Below are positions 47,033 through 61,847 of a stretch of DNA of 64,000 nt, piece after piece; the stretch's first letter is position 1; each line of letters starts with the position of its first letter. Made by a program: the position numbers and the translations under genes. Below the pieces are notes generated by a model. The model was not told the origin of the DNA and did not search any database. It was given only the letters and a program-made list of their open reading frames with translations. The stretch lies in NCBI RefSeq assembly GCF_009914755.1, contig NC_060930.1. One strand, written 5' to 3'. This stretch comes from the human T2T-CHM13v2.0 reference genome, Homo sapiens.

Positions 47033-48525
47033 AAAAGTAGCATTCCAAATGTAACTCAGGTTCTACCCTTAGAGGCTCTCACATGAGATTTTGATTCATA
47101 GCTGAGTCATGTATAGAGAAAGGCAGGGTTTGGGGTGTCCCCTTTTGCTAATGGAGGTCACGGCCGAGGTGGCACGTTTGTGCTGGCAGCCATGGCAGGG
47201 GCTTTCTGATTCAACAGCTCTTGGAAATTCAGTCTGATTCTGCAATAACCCCAACAATTGAAAAATGAGCTGCACATATCCCTTAAACAGTCCCTGTCTT
47301 ACACCAGTGGAGTGGATGATTCTGTTGCCTGACACACACACAAAAAAAACCCTGTCTAATAGTGAAGTGTAGTGTGTCATAGAGCTGAAATGAACAGTAA
47401 CAGGAAAAGAATATGCCCCCTTTTGAAATATACATTTAAGAATGCTTAGAACACTTACTCTGAGTCAGACACTGTATGCACTGCTCAGAGTACAGCCCCC
47501 AAGGAACTACCTGTGTGAATTTCTAAATGTGGGTGTGGGCAGTGGGTGGGCCTGGGGGTTAGGAATGGTTCACAGATAAAAACAACCAAATATTAAACGT
47601 GATTGTAAGCACAACATATAAAGCTTACCACTCTTGGAAGCCTGCCACCTTTTGAAATCAGACAAATCAGGAAAAAAGAAGGAAACAGAGGAAAGCAGGA
47701 AGGGAAATAAGAAAAGGGAAAAAAAGAAAGAGGAAAGGTATCTAACACTTTATAAATACTTGATCTGCATGTTGTGCAAACATTGTCTTATTTGAAATGC
47801 CATCATGATATACCAAATAGGTCAGGAATATTTGTTCCATTTTAGAGGTAAGAAAATCAAGCCTCAGTCTGGGATTTAAACTCAAGTCCATCTATGCCTA
47901 GAACCCACACTGTTTTTAATGTAGTCTAGTGTGATGGGGGTGGCGAGAGACTTAGTAAAAATTCTAATTTTCTTTGCAAAGTTGTTAGTTGGATACCTAT
48001 CAAAAGACTTTACTGTAGAATGAGATTTAGAATTGTGAGCATCTTTTCCCTTGAACTTTAACCAGAGCTTATTGACTTTTTCCTTCTACATAAATTCAAA
48101 TCTTTATACTTTGGATGTTTAAACTGGGCAAATTTCAAATGAGGATATGCATGTTTCTGTACATTTCTTCCTGTTCCTGAAAATTTTGTTGATTTGTCCT
48201 GATGATGTCTATAAGTAACTCTGTGAGATAGAGAACCGTAAAGCTAGGAAGAACAAGCCTGCCAGAATAAACTGTGCATTAAAAACACATAATTTCCTTA
48301 TAGATTTAAACTAAGCAAACATGTAAATGAATAACCTTTTTAAGGACAAGCTACATCACCAATAGAGTTTACTTAATTTATTTTGACAACTGCCTCTAAT
48401 TACTTAACATAACACATTATATGGGTAATAAAAACAGTTAATAATGTAAAACCTCATTGCTGTTTCAGGTCGAGTGAGAGATGTGTGCATATATTCTCCA
48501 GGCATTTGTGGAGTGGATCATGTTG

Positions 48526-48545
48526 CTCTCTCTCTCTCTTTCTCT

Positions 48546-48590
<45 letters not shown>

Positions 48591-48600
48591 TGTGTGTCTG
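48526..48600. repeat. Compound (CT)n(GT)n microsatellite
   Basis: Directly visible. Confidence 0.95.
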
Positions 48601-48811
48601 TTGGGACAATTTCTTCAGATAAATTTTTGGATTCACAGATGTGAAGAGATTAAATTCCATATGGAATGTGAAAAAATAATTCGTAACTATTGCCAATTCT
48701 CAGCTCTGAAAAAAAACAATGGCTAAACTTTATCTTAGGTTACATTATATACTATATACTATAGCTAATTTACATGCCTGGCCTTTGTGGGGCATCCTCT
48801 TATACGTTAAT

Positions 48812-48828
48812 CTAGCGCCCTCTTGTGT
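48812..48828 (-). promoter_or_regulatory. Candidate CTCF motif
   Basis: Minus strand ACACAAGAGGGCGCTAG, close to the CCACNAGRKGGCRS core; motif match only. Confidence 0.5.
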
Positions 48829-49501
48829 AATAGGTTTTAATAACAAAGTTTGAGAGTGTTTATATATCATGTTTTGATTTCTAATTTCTAAAAGAATATA
48901 CTCGTTGGATAGTGTTATTCTTTTATTTTCTTTGTATTTTTTGTATTTCCAAATTGCACATAATAAAAAAATATATAAATGAACAAGACTGAATTTTCAA
49001 GTCTTATGTCATGCCCATGACTGTCAGTAAACAAAAACCACTTTTCTGAATCAGGACATTTCTTAAGAAAATCAAATTTACTCCCAGGAGGCAAAGGAAA
49101 AATAATATTGTAAAACAGTGCAATTCATTTGGATCAATTCTTAGAATTTTAGAGCAAGAAGAAAATGCAGCGATCCAGTGAGGGCTAGGAAGTGGCTGGC
49201 ACTTGCTTTTCATCTGTGTCATGCTGCTGTCACTGCCCGGGCTGGCACAAGGCTAAAGGGTATTGCTAGTATTTTACACAGAGAACAGTTTTCTGATCAT
49301 TTTTCTTTTTTCAGGAACTCTCACGTGAAAATCAACGTGTAAGCAGGGAGAGGCAGTGCTGCTCTGATCCAAGGCAGCGAAGGTGAAGCCCTGTCTACTG
49401 TCCCTTCCTGGGAGGCAACTGAGGGTTGTGTAGTTTGTGAATCCTTAGGCTTCTTGGGGCCATGGTTTGACAGCACAATTATAAACTTTGCTCTTTTGCG
49501 C

Positions 49502-49928
49502 TGTTATGAATTGAATTGTGTCTTACAAAACTTGTATGTTGAAGTCCTAACCCCTCTAGTACCTCAGAACATGAGCTTGTTTGGAGACAGGGCCTTAACA
49601 AAGGAAATCAAGTTAAAAGGAAGTCAGTAGGATGGGCTGTAATATAACTAGTGTCCTTACAAAAAAAAGGAAATTGGTGTAGATAAAGGCAGAGGTTTGG
49701 GTGATGTCTCTACAAGCCAAGAAACACCACAGATTGCCAGCAAACCACCAGAAGCTAGGAGAGAGGCACGCAACACGCTCTCTCTCACAGCCCTCAGAAG
49801 GAACTCACCCTGCTGACATCTTGGTCTTGAACGTCTAGCCTCCATAACTGTGAGAGAATAAATATCTGTTGTTTTAAGCCACCCAGTTAGTGGAACTTTA
49901 CTATGGCAGCCCTAGAAAATGAATCCAC
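49502..49928 (+). mobile_element. MLT1B/C-like LTR
   Basis: tgttatgaattgaattgtgtc start; caaaccaccagaagctaggagagaggc; ggcagccctagaaaatgaa end. Confidence 0.85.
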
Positions 49929-50060
49929 ATTTGCACTCAATGGCATCGTGGGTTGTTCCTGCTGGCTGAAGTAGTACAGCCAGCACAGATTGTAGGTTTA
50001 GGCTGCGTAATTTAAAATCCCCGGAGAAAGGATAACTTTGTAGTATAATGTAATAAATAA

Positions 50061-50420
<360 letters not shown>

Positions 50421-50462
50421 CTAATTGACCAGCAGCCGTCTAAATGTTTATTTTTGTGCAGA

Positions 50463-50778
50463 ATTATTATTTTTATTTATTTATTTTTATTTTTTGAGAC
50501 GGAGTCTCACTCTGTCACCCAGGCTGGAGGGCAGTGGCATGATCTCAGCTCACTGCAAACTCTGCCTCCCTGGGTTCAAAGGATTCTCCTGACTCAGCCT
50601 CCTGAGTAGCTGAGATTATAGGTGTGCATTACCACACATGGCTAATTTTGGTATTTTTTGTAGAGTTGGGTTTTCACCATGTTGGCCAGGCTGGGTCTTG
50701 AACTCCTGACCTCAAGTAATCTGCCTGCCTCAGCCTCCCAAAGTGCTGGGATAACAGCATGAGCCACTGCACCTAGCC
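50463..50778 (-). mobile_element. AluSx-like element
   Basis: Antisense Alu dimer, CpG-decayed, (ttta)n tail. Confidence 0.9.
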
Positions 50779-50859
50779 CATTCTTTGTTTTCTACTTGGT
50801 TTATTTTTATATAATTTTTAGAACTTCTATATACATTGCCAGTGTCATGCCTAATTATT

Positions 50860-52725
50860 TTAAAGTAACTGCTGGCCATCAAGGCATTTTACTATATCAG
50901 TTGCATCACTTAAAGATAAGAGTATTTTCATATTTAGCCAAAATAACATTTTCTCACTTTAAACACATTATTTTAAAATAGTCATCTTATCTAATAACCA
51001 GCCCACATCTAAATTTCCCTAAATGTCCCCCAAATCACGTATACTTGGCTTGTCCAAAACTGGATCCAATTTGAGACCACACATTGCATCTAACTGCCAT
51101 TTCTTGCCCCTTTTAATCAGGCCAGTCACATTTTAATGACACTGTCTTGCTGAAGAGAATAACTCATAATGAAGAAAATACACCAAATTCTGGATGTCTC
51201 TGATTGTTTCTTTGTGGTATCATTTAGCTTGTTTCTGTACATTGGAATTTAGATATAAAGGCTCTATTAGATTTGGGCTAGACTACGTCACAGATGATGT
51301 GTTTTACTTCATATTGCATCTCATTAATAGGCCCACAATATCTGGTTGTCCACCAGTGGGATGCTGAGAGAGACCACTGAGAGTGGGGATAACATCTTGA
51401 ACCCTCCATTGCAAGAAGAAACTAATCTCTGTGTGGTTATCATGGCCTCATATAGGTGTCTAGTTCCCTACCCATCATTCATCTAATAGTGTCAACACCA
51501 GTTCATGGCCTGACTGGTTGATTTAATTGTTGCCAAATGATTATTTCCTAATTCTGTCACTTCACATGTGTTGATTGGGGACATTCCTTATTAACTGGAG
51601 CTTTCTGTTTACCCTGTGATACAGTCCCTGCTTAAAAGAAGGATGAATTGTTTATTCTTTCCCATTACTCACAAATTTTGAGAATAAAGAATTAGTTTAA
51701 TAATTATTTTAATTAGTGATATGTGATATCCTTTTTTTCTGACTTCCCCTTTTGTTAATGTCATTATAAACTCTGATTTTTAATAAATTTAATGAATTTC
51801 AAAAAACTACAATCAGGGCAGGGGTGGTTGTTCAAATGGTCACAAATGTAATCAGAAGACACTTTAAGCTGGCTTCTGAGTCCCTTTGATAGGACTCCAT
51901 TAATCTTTATGAGTTTCTTTGCTTGCTTTTGGGCACAAGATCTGAATACCTTCAGTGGGGAATCATATAAGTACTTTGGTTTGAATGATGGTGCACTCAC
52001 CAAAATTCATATGTTGAAACTGAACTGCCAATGTAGTAGTATTAAGAGATGGGGTCTTTAAGAGGTTATTAAGTCATAAGGGCAGAGCCTTCAAGGAGGG
52101 GGTTATAAATAGAACTTATAAATGGACTCGAGGGAGTGGGTTTGCTCTCTTCCACTCTTCTGCCATGTGAGGATGAAGCATTCCTCCTCTGTGGCCCTTC
52201 CATCCCTTCTACCACATAAAGACAGAGTGTTCCTCCTCTCTGGAGGTCACGGCAACAAAGCACCACCTTGGAAGAAGAGAGCAGCCCTCACCAGACAACT
52301 GAACCTGCTGGCACATTAATCTTGAATTTCCCAGCTTCCAGAACTGTGAGAAAATAGAACTGTGTACTTTATAAATCACCTGGTCTCAGATATTTTGTTA
52401 TAGCAGCACAAACAGACTAAGACAGTCAAATTCACCTTTTTAAGAGAGCCAGTTGCTAATGCAGTGACATTGCATCTTGGATATACCATGGACAGAGTTG
52501 GAAGCTGGAAGATATACATTTTTAAGAACATGAGTTCATACTGATATTTTCAGCTTTAGCAATACAGTGTTTTTACTTGATTTCTTTAATTTTATAAATG
52601 TATCTCTTTCCTTTTGTATTTTTTCCTATAATGTAAAGAAAATAATTTTAAGAAACAATACCAATATTACCATTGAAAAAAGTTTAAAAATTTTTGTCAG
52701 TATTTTGTCCTTAGAATGCATCCCA
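50860..52725 (-). mobile_element. Ancient L1MC/MD-type 3' fragment (host of the L1PA7; continues from 60080)
   Basis: Degenerate old-L1 3' motifs; ...ttttgtccttagaatgcatccca joins to ttaagaaagtacagtcag at 60080. Confidence 0.55.
51972..52424 (+). mobile_element. MSTC/MLT1A-like LTR
   Basis: ccaaaattcatatgttgaaac...ttatagcagcacaaacagactaagaca. Confidence 0.85.
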
Positions 52726-55700
52726 AGCATTGCTGGTAAGATGGCCGAATAGGAACAGCTCTCGTCTGCAGTTCCCAGTGAGATTGATGTGGAAGGCGGG
52801 TGATTTCTGCATTTCCAACTGAGGTACCCAGTTCATCTCACTGGGACTGGTTGGACAGTGGGTGTAGCCCATGGAGGGTGAGCCAAAGCAGAGTGGGGCA
52901 TCGCCTTACCCAGGGAGCACAAGGGGTCAAGGAATTCTCTCCCCTAGCCAAGGGAAGCCATGAGGGACTGTGCCGTGCCATGAGGAATGGTGCACTCAGG
53001 CCGAGATACTGCACTTCTCCCACAGTCTTCACAACTCGCAGACCAGGAGATTCCCTCCGGTGCCTCCACCACCAGGGTCCTGGGTTTCAAGCACAAAACT
53101 GGGCAGCTGTTTGGGCAGACACCAAGCTAGCTGCAGGAGGTTTTTTTTTCCACACCCAAGTGGTGCCTGGAACACCAGCAACACAGGACCATTCACTCCC
53201 CTGGAAAGGGGGCTGAAGCCAGGGAGCGAAGAGGTCTGGCTTGGTGGGCCCCACCCCCATAGAGCCCAGCAAGCTAAGATCCACTGGCTTGAAATTCTCA
53301 CTGCCAGCATAGCAGTCTGAGGTCGATCTGGGGTGCTCGAGGTTGGTTGAGGGAGGGGCGTCCACCATTACTGAGCCTTGAATAGGGGATTTTACCCTCA
53401 CAGTGTAAACAAAGCTACCAGGAAGTTCAAACTGAGTGGAGCCCACTGCAGCTCAGCAAGGCCACTGTGGCCAGACTGCCTCTCTAGATTCCTCCTCTCT
53501 GGGCAGGGTATCTCTGAAAAAAAAGGCAGCAGTCCCAGTCAGGGGCTTATAGGTAAAACCCCCATCTCACTGGGACAGAGCACTTGGGGGAAGGGGCAGC
53601 TGTGGGCACAGCCTCAGCAGACTTAAACATCCCTGCCTGACGGTTCTGAAGAGAGCAGTGAATCTCCCAGCACAGTGTTTATGCTCTGATAAGGTTCAGA
53701 TTGCCTCCACAAGTGGGTCCCTGATCCCTGTGTATCCTGACTGGGAGACACTTCCCAATAGGGGCTGACAGACACCTCATACAGGAGAGCTCTGGCTGGC
53801 ATCTGGCAGGTGCCCCTCTGGGACACAGCTTCTAGAGGAAGGAACAGGCAGCAATCTTTGCTGTTCTGCAGCCTCCGCTGGTGATACCCAGGCAACAGGG
53901 TCTGGAGTGGACCTCCAGCAAACACCAGCAGACCTGCAGCAGAGGGACCAGACTGTTAGATGGAAAACTAACAAAGAGAAAGGAATAGTATCAACATCAA
54001 CAAAAAGGACGTCCACTCAGAGACCCCCTCCAAAGGTCACTGACTTCAAAGACCAAAGGTAGATAAATTCACGAAGTTGGGGAGAAACCAACACAAAAAG
54101 GCTGAAAATTCCAAAAACCAGAACGCCTCTTCTCTTCCAAAGGATCACAACTTCTCGCCAGCAAGGGAACAAAACTGGATGGAGAATGAGTTTGAAGAAT
54201 TGACAGAGGTAGGCTTCAGGCGGTGAGTAATAATAAACTCCTCCGAGCTAAAGGAGGATGTTTTAACCCAATGCAAGGAAGCTAAGAACCTTGAAAAAAG
54301 GTTAGATGAATTGCTAACTAGAATAACTACTTTAGAGAATATAAATGACCTGATGGAGCTGAAAAACAAAACACGAGAACTTCATGAAGCATACACAAAT
54401 ATCAATAGCCGAATCGATCAAGCGGAAGAAAGGATATCAGATATTGAAGATCAACTTAATGAAATAAAGCAAGAAGACAAGATTAGAAAAAAAAATGAAA
54501 AAGAATAAACAAAGCCTCCAATATGGGACTATGTGAAAAGACAAAATCTACATTTGATTGGTGTACCTGAAAGTGATGGGGAGAATGGAACCAAGTTGGA
54601 AAGCACCCTTCAGGATGTTATCCAGGAGAACCTCCACAACCTAGCAAGACAGGCCGACATTCAAATTCAGGAAATACAGAGAATGCCACAAAGATACTCC
54701 TCAAGAAGAGCAACCCCAAGAAACATAATCATCAGATTCACCAAGGTTGAAATGAAGAAAAAAATGTTAAGCGCAGTCAGAGAGAAAAGTTGGGTTACCC
54801 ACAAAGGGAAGCCCATCTGACTAACAGCCGATCTCTCTGCAGAAACCCTACAAGCCAGAAGAGAGTGGGGGCCAATATTCAACATTCTTAAATAAAAGAA
54901 TTTTCAACCCAGAATTTCATATCCAGCCAAACTAAGTTTCATAAGTGAAGGAGAAATAAAATACTTTACAGACAAGCAAATGCTGAGAGATTTTATCACC
55001 ACCAGGCCTGCCTTACAAGAGCTCCTGAAGGGAGCACTAAACATGGAAAGGAACAACCAGTACCAGTCACTGCAAAAACATAACAAATTGTAAAGACCAT
55101 CGATACTATGAGGAAACTGCATCAACTAGTGGGCAAAATAACCAGCTAGCATCATAATGACAGGATCAAACTTGCACATAACAATATTAACCTTAAATGT
55201 AAAGGCTAAATGCCCCAATTAAAAGACACAGACGGGCAAGTTGGATAGAGTCAAGACCCATCAGTGTGCTATATTCAGGAGACCCATCTCACAGGCAGAG
55301 ACACACATAGGCTCAAAATAAAGGGATGGAGGAATATCTACCAAGCAAATGGAAAGCAAAAAATAAAAAATAAAAAAATGCAGGGGTTGTAATCCTAGTC
55401 TCTGATAAAACACACTTTAAACCAACAAAGATCAAAAGAGACAAAGAAGGGCATTACATAAAGGGAAAGGGATCAGTGCATCAAGAAGAGATAACTATCC
55501 TAAATATATATGCACCCAATACAGGAGCACCCAGATTCATAAAGCAAGTTCTTAGAGATCTACAAAGAGACTTAGACTCCCACACAGTAATAGTGGGACA
55601 CCCCAAAGTCAATATTAGACAGATCAATGAGACAGAAAATTGACAAGGATATCCAGGACTTGAACTCAGCTCTGGACCAAGTGGACCTAATAGACATCTA

Positions 55701-56404
55701 TAGAATTCTCCACCCCAAATCAACAGAGTATACATTATTCTCAGCACCTCATTACACTTATTCTAAAATTGACTACATAATTGGAAGTAAAACACTCCTC
55801 AGGAAATACAAAAGAGTGGAAATCACAACAAAGTCTCTCGGACCATGGTGCAATCAAATCAGAATTCAGGATTAAGAAACTCAATCAAAACTGCACAATT
55901 ACTTGGAAACTGAACAACCTGCTCCTGAATGACTACTGGGCAAATAATAAAATGAAGGCAAAAATAAAGATGTTCTTTGAAACCAACGTAAACAAAGACA
56001 AAACGTACCAGAATCTCTGGGACACAGCTAAAGCAGTGTTTACAGGGAAATTTCTAACACTAAATGCCCACAAGAGAAAGCAGGAAAGATCTAAAATCGA
56101 CACCCTAACATCACAATTAAAAGAACTAGAGAAGCAAGAGCAAACAAATTTAAAATCTAGCAGAAAAGATCAAATAACTAAGATCAGAGCAGAACTGAAG
56201 GAGATAGACACACAAAAAAAAACCTTCAAAAAATCAAGGAATCCAGGAGCTGGTTTTTTGAAAATATCAACAAAATAGACCACTAGCCAGACTAATAAAG
56301 AAGAAAAGAGAGAAGGAGCAAATAGATGCAATAAAAAATGATAAAGAGGATATCAGGACTGATCCCACAGATACAAACAACCTTCAGAGAATACTATAAA
56401 CACT

Positions 56405-56724
<320 letters not shown>

Positions 56725-56984
56725 ACTATAAACACTTCTACACAAATAAACTAGAAAGTCTAGAAGACATGGATAAATTCCTGGACACACAAACCCTCCC
56801 AAGACTAAACCAGGAAGATGTCGAATCCCTGAATAGACCAATAACAAGTTCTGAAATTGAGGCCATAATTAATAGCCTACCAACCAAAAAAAATCCAGGA
56901 CTGGACAGATTCACAGCTGAATTCTACCAGAGATACAAAGAGGAGCTGGTACCATTTCTTCTGAAACTATTCCAAACAATATAA

Positions 56985-57086
<102 letters not shown>

Positions 57087-57190
57087 TGATAAACATCAAT
57101 GCGAAAATCCTCAGTAAAATACTGGCAAACTGAATCCAGCAATACATCAAAAAGCTTATCCACCACCATCAAGTCGGCTTCACCCCTGGG

Positions 57191-58105
57191 ATGCAAGGCT
57201 GGTTCAACATACACAAATCAATAAAGGTAATCCATCACATAAACAGAACCAATAACAAAAACCACATGATTATCTCAATAGATGCATTAAAGGCCTTCAA
57301 CAAAATTCAACAACCCTTAATGCTAAAAACTCTCAATAAACTAGCTATTGATGGAACGTATATCAAAATAATAAGAGCCATTTATGAGAAACCCACAGCC
57401 AATATCATACTGAATGGGCAAAAGCTGGAAGCATTCCCTTTGAAAAGTGGCACAAGACAAATATGCCCTCTCTCATCACTCCTATTCAACATAGTATTGG
57501 AAGTTCTGGCTAGGGCAATCAGGCAAGACAAAGAAATAAAGCGTATTCAAAGAGGAAAAGAGGAAGTCAAATTGTCTCTGTTTGTAGATGACATGATTGT
57601 ATATTTAGAAAACCCCATTGTCTCAGCCCCAAATCTTCTTAAACTGATAAGCAACTTCAGCAAAGTCTCAGGATACGAAATCAATGTGCAAAAATCACAA
57701 GCACTCCTATACACCAATAACAGACAAACAAAGAGCCAAATCATGAGTGAACTCCCATTCACAATTGCTATAAAGAGAATAAAATACTTAGGAATACAAC
57801 CAACAAGAGATGTGAAGAACCTCTTCAAGGAGAACTATAAACCACTGCTAAAGGAAATAAGAGAGGACACAAATAAATGGAAAAACCTTCCATGCTCATG
57901 GATAGGAAGAATCAATATCGTGAAAATGGCCATACTGCCTAAAGTAATTTACAGATTCAATATTATCCCCATCAAGCTACCACTGACTTTCTTCACAGAA
58001 TTGGAAAAAAGTACATTAAATTTCATGTGGAACCAAAAAAAGAGCCTGTATAGCCAAGACAATCCTAAGCAAAAAGAACAAAGCTGGAGGCATCACGCTA
58101 CCTGA
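57191..58105 (+). pseudogene. L1 ORF2 reverse-transcriptase fragment (304 aa open)
   Basis: [15 protein letters not shown]...GTRQICPLS...LFVDDMIVY; flanked by stops and frameshifts. Confidence 0.9.
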
Positions 58106-58262
58106 CTTCAAACTATGCTACAAGGCTACAGTAACCAAAACAGCATGGTACTTCTACCAAAACAGATATGTAGAACAATGCAACAGAACAGAGGCCTTAG
58201 AAATAACACCACACATCTGGATCTATCTGATCTTTGACAAACCTGACTAAAACAAGAAATAG

Positions 58263-58367
<105 letters not shown>

Positions 58368-59516
58368 TAGATTAGAGACTTAAAGTAAGACCTAAAACCA
58401 TAAAAACCCTAGAAGAAAACCTAGGCAATACCATTCAGGACATAGACATGGGCAAAGACTTCATGACTAAAACACCAAAAGCAATGGCAACAAAAGCCAA
58501 AATTGACAAATGGGATCTAATTAAACTTAAGAGCTTCTGCACAGCAAAAGAAACTATCATCAGAGTAAACAGGCAACCTACAGAATGGGAGAAAATTTTG
58601 CAATCTATCCATATGACTAAGGGCTAATATCCAGAATCTACAAAGAACTTAAACAAATCTACAAGAAAAAAACAAACAACTCCATCAAAAAGTCGGCAAA
58701 GGAATGAACAGATGCTTCTCAAAAGAAGACACTTATGCAGCCAACAAACATATGAAAAAAAGCTCATCATCACTGGTCTTTAGAGAAATGCAAATCAAAA
58801 CCACAGTGAGATACCACCTCATGCCAGTTAGAATGGCGATCATTGAAAAGTCAGGAAACAACAGATGCTGGAGAGGATGTGGAGAAATAGGAATGCTTTT
58901 ACACTGTTGGTGGGAGTGTAAACTAGTTCAACCATTGTGGAAGACACTGTGGCGATTCCTCGAGGATCTAGATCCAGAAATACCATTTGACCCAGCAATC
59001 CCATTATTGGGTGTATACCCAAAGGATTATAAATCATTCTACTATAAAGACACATGCACACGTATGTTTACTGCAGCACAATTCACAATAACAAAGACTT
59101 GGAACCAAACCAAGTGCCCATCAATGATAGACTGGATAAAGAAAATGTGACACATATACACCATGGAATACTATGCAGCCATAAAAGAGGATGAGTTCAT
59201 GTCCTTTGCAGGGACATAGATGAAGTTGAAAACCATAATTCTCAGCAAACTAACACAAGAACAGAAAACACAAACACTGCATGTTCTCACTCATAAGTGG
59301 GAGTTGAACAATGAGAAAACATGGACCCAGGGAGGGGAACATCACACACGGGCCTGTTGGAAGGTGGGGAGCTAGGGGAGGGATAGCATTAGGAGAAATA
59401 CCTAATGTAGATGATGGGTTGATGGAAGCGGCAAACCACCATGGCAAGTGTATACCTATGTAACAAACCTGCACGTTCTGCACATGTACCCCAGAACTTA
59501 AAGTATAATAAAAAAA

Positions 59517-60066
59517 GAGACAATGATTAACTTAAGGATAACAAAAATTTGTGTAGAGAAGGAAAAGTAGTCGTGATATTTATTATATTTTTTAACTGAT
59601 CTAAAGTATTTCCCTGTCTTAATGATATAGGGTGACTATGAATCTAACCAAAATTATATCGTAATTCCATAGGGATGAAGGAGTGTAGGAAGGTGTGTGG
59701 CAGATGCGCCAGAATGCAATAACTCAAGCACACCCTGAGAATGACCCTGTGTGCGTTTCACATTCTGAGCTAAGGAATCTGGGAGTGGCGAACCCGGAGA
59801 TTCACTCCTTATCTATGAAGATCTATGAAGGGCATCTGAACCCCTGGTTCATTACTTTGAACACAGGTGGTACAAGGAATCTAGGCCTTTATTTTGGTTT
59901 GAACAAAGGTTGCTAGGTGGAGGCTGCTAAGTGAAAATGCTACGTAAACTGCATGCTTTTTACAAACAGTAGTGATTCTCCTGTCCAGCTGCCACTCCTG
60001 AACTGCCCTGTACTTAGGCCCTCAATAAACCCTGTGACTAGTTAAAAAAAAATAAAGTAAAATAAA
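59517..60066 (+). other. L1 3' transduction (~527 bp) plus second poly(A) tail
   Basis: AATAAA at 60024-60029, A-rich tail 60044-60066, then TSD ggagtgcatccca (60067-60079) matching agaatgcatccca (52713-52725) at 11/13. Confidence 0.85.
59696..60043 (+). mobile_element. LTR47-like LTR, U3-R only (U5 missing), within the transduction
   Basis: tgtggcagatgc...ccctgagaatgaccct...gagctaaggaatctgggagtggc...gctaagtgaaaatgcta; ends 14 nt after its AATAAA. Confidence 0.75.
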
Positions 60067-60699
60067 GGAGTGCATCCCATTAAGAAAGTACAGTCAGGTT
60101 ACTTAGTTTTAAACTTACTTAAAATATATCTTTCCTCTGTGGAGCTTCCCTAATAATTTTATATACAATGAGGTTTATTTGTTTTGTTTGGCTTTCAATT
60201 TTAGCAGTTGAGATTTTAATGACATTATATTATTTACTAGGTAATGACTCAGAAATCAAATCCGAATAGAAAGCCCTCCTTTCTCTCCTTACTCCTCCAC
60301 CTCATTTCTTCTCATCATAGGTAATTATTTTTAATTGTATCTTCTTTATCCTCCTATTGATTTTTATAAATGCATTTTTGCCTTATTTCCCTCCTTTCCT
60401 ACACAAAAGATAGCATATTATTTATTGCTATACTCCCTTGCTTTTGTACATGACAAGATAGCCCGGCGAACTCTCCGCAATAGTGTGTGTCTCTACCTTT
60501 TTATGATTGCATGCAGTACTCCATTGAGTTTCCTAATTGAGCACTTTTCGAATACTGTCACTCGGGTTGAGGATTATGTAGCCTCATGAGCGTAGGCGGA
60601 GCAAAAAAATGCCCTTATTTTCATGTCTCCTCTATCCCACCCAGCCCTTGCAACAAAGGCATATGAGTATCTCCTGGATTCCTTCAATCAGACTGCTGG

Positions 60700-61101
60700 A
60701 AATGAGCTTTTGGGGAAGGAGGCTTTGCATAATGCCAATTTTGGTGGTGTGAGAGGCAGCAGGGTTGTTAGGCTTTTGAGTGGTTCTCAGCTTGGTTTCT
60801 GGTGGAGAAGTGGCATGGGTGATTTTGGCAATTGCAGATATGGTAGAGTCCACTTCCTGGCAGCAGGACAAACAGCAGCATCTGGTGCTGTGTGGGCTGA
60901 AGCCACGGTGAGGGTCTCCTTGTCAGACCCCCTATGCAGTGATGTTGGGACCTTGTTCCCAGAAACTTAGCCTTGAGCCTGTTGTTCCAGCTCACACAAC
61001 ACTTCTCTTAGCTGCCTGGGATCCTTTTAATAAATTCCTTTTCTGCTTAATTGACTAGAGTATGCTTTTCTTGCTTACATCTAAGAACTCTGACCTAAAT
61101 A
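60700..61101 (+). mobile_element. Ancient LTR (LTR78/MLT1-like)
   Basis: End motif aataaattccttttctgcttaa...ctagag...taagaactctgac. Family and left end uncertain. Confidence 0.45.
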
Positions 61102-61524
61102 CTCTTTATGAAGAAAAATGATTCACAACACTAAATACAGAAAGTGAGAAAAGGAATGTTCTGCTGTCCTTTCTTCATTTGTAATAACTTTGATCTACTC
61201 TCTCTCAGCCTGTCCTTGACATTTCTTTTCTCCTCATTATTCTGCTTTAAAAAATACCTAAGTTTTGAATTCCCTATTTTGCTTCTTTCTTGTGTACCAG
61301 GATGGTAACTGGAGATATTAAGCTGAAATTTAGCCCTCTACCTGTCAGCATTTCTCAGTACTCATTATTCTTGCTTTGTTCTGGCAGCAAACATGGTTTA
61401 GTGAATGGACTGCTCTCAAGATAAAAGAGAACAGAGTCAAATTTGGGATATGTTAATCTTCAAAACATGATTTTTTATTCCAAGAACCAGATGTTTGAGG
61501 GTGCCAAGAAATTTGTTTGGTTAA

Positions 61525-61847
<323 letters not shown>

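Noticed and set aside
57191-58105. Longest ORF (304 aa) as a functional reverse transcriptase gene
   Set aside because: Fragment of L1 ORF2 with upstream stops, an Alu insertion, a downstream frameshift and altered motifs (FVDD, AFNKI).
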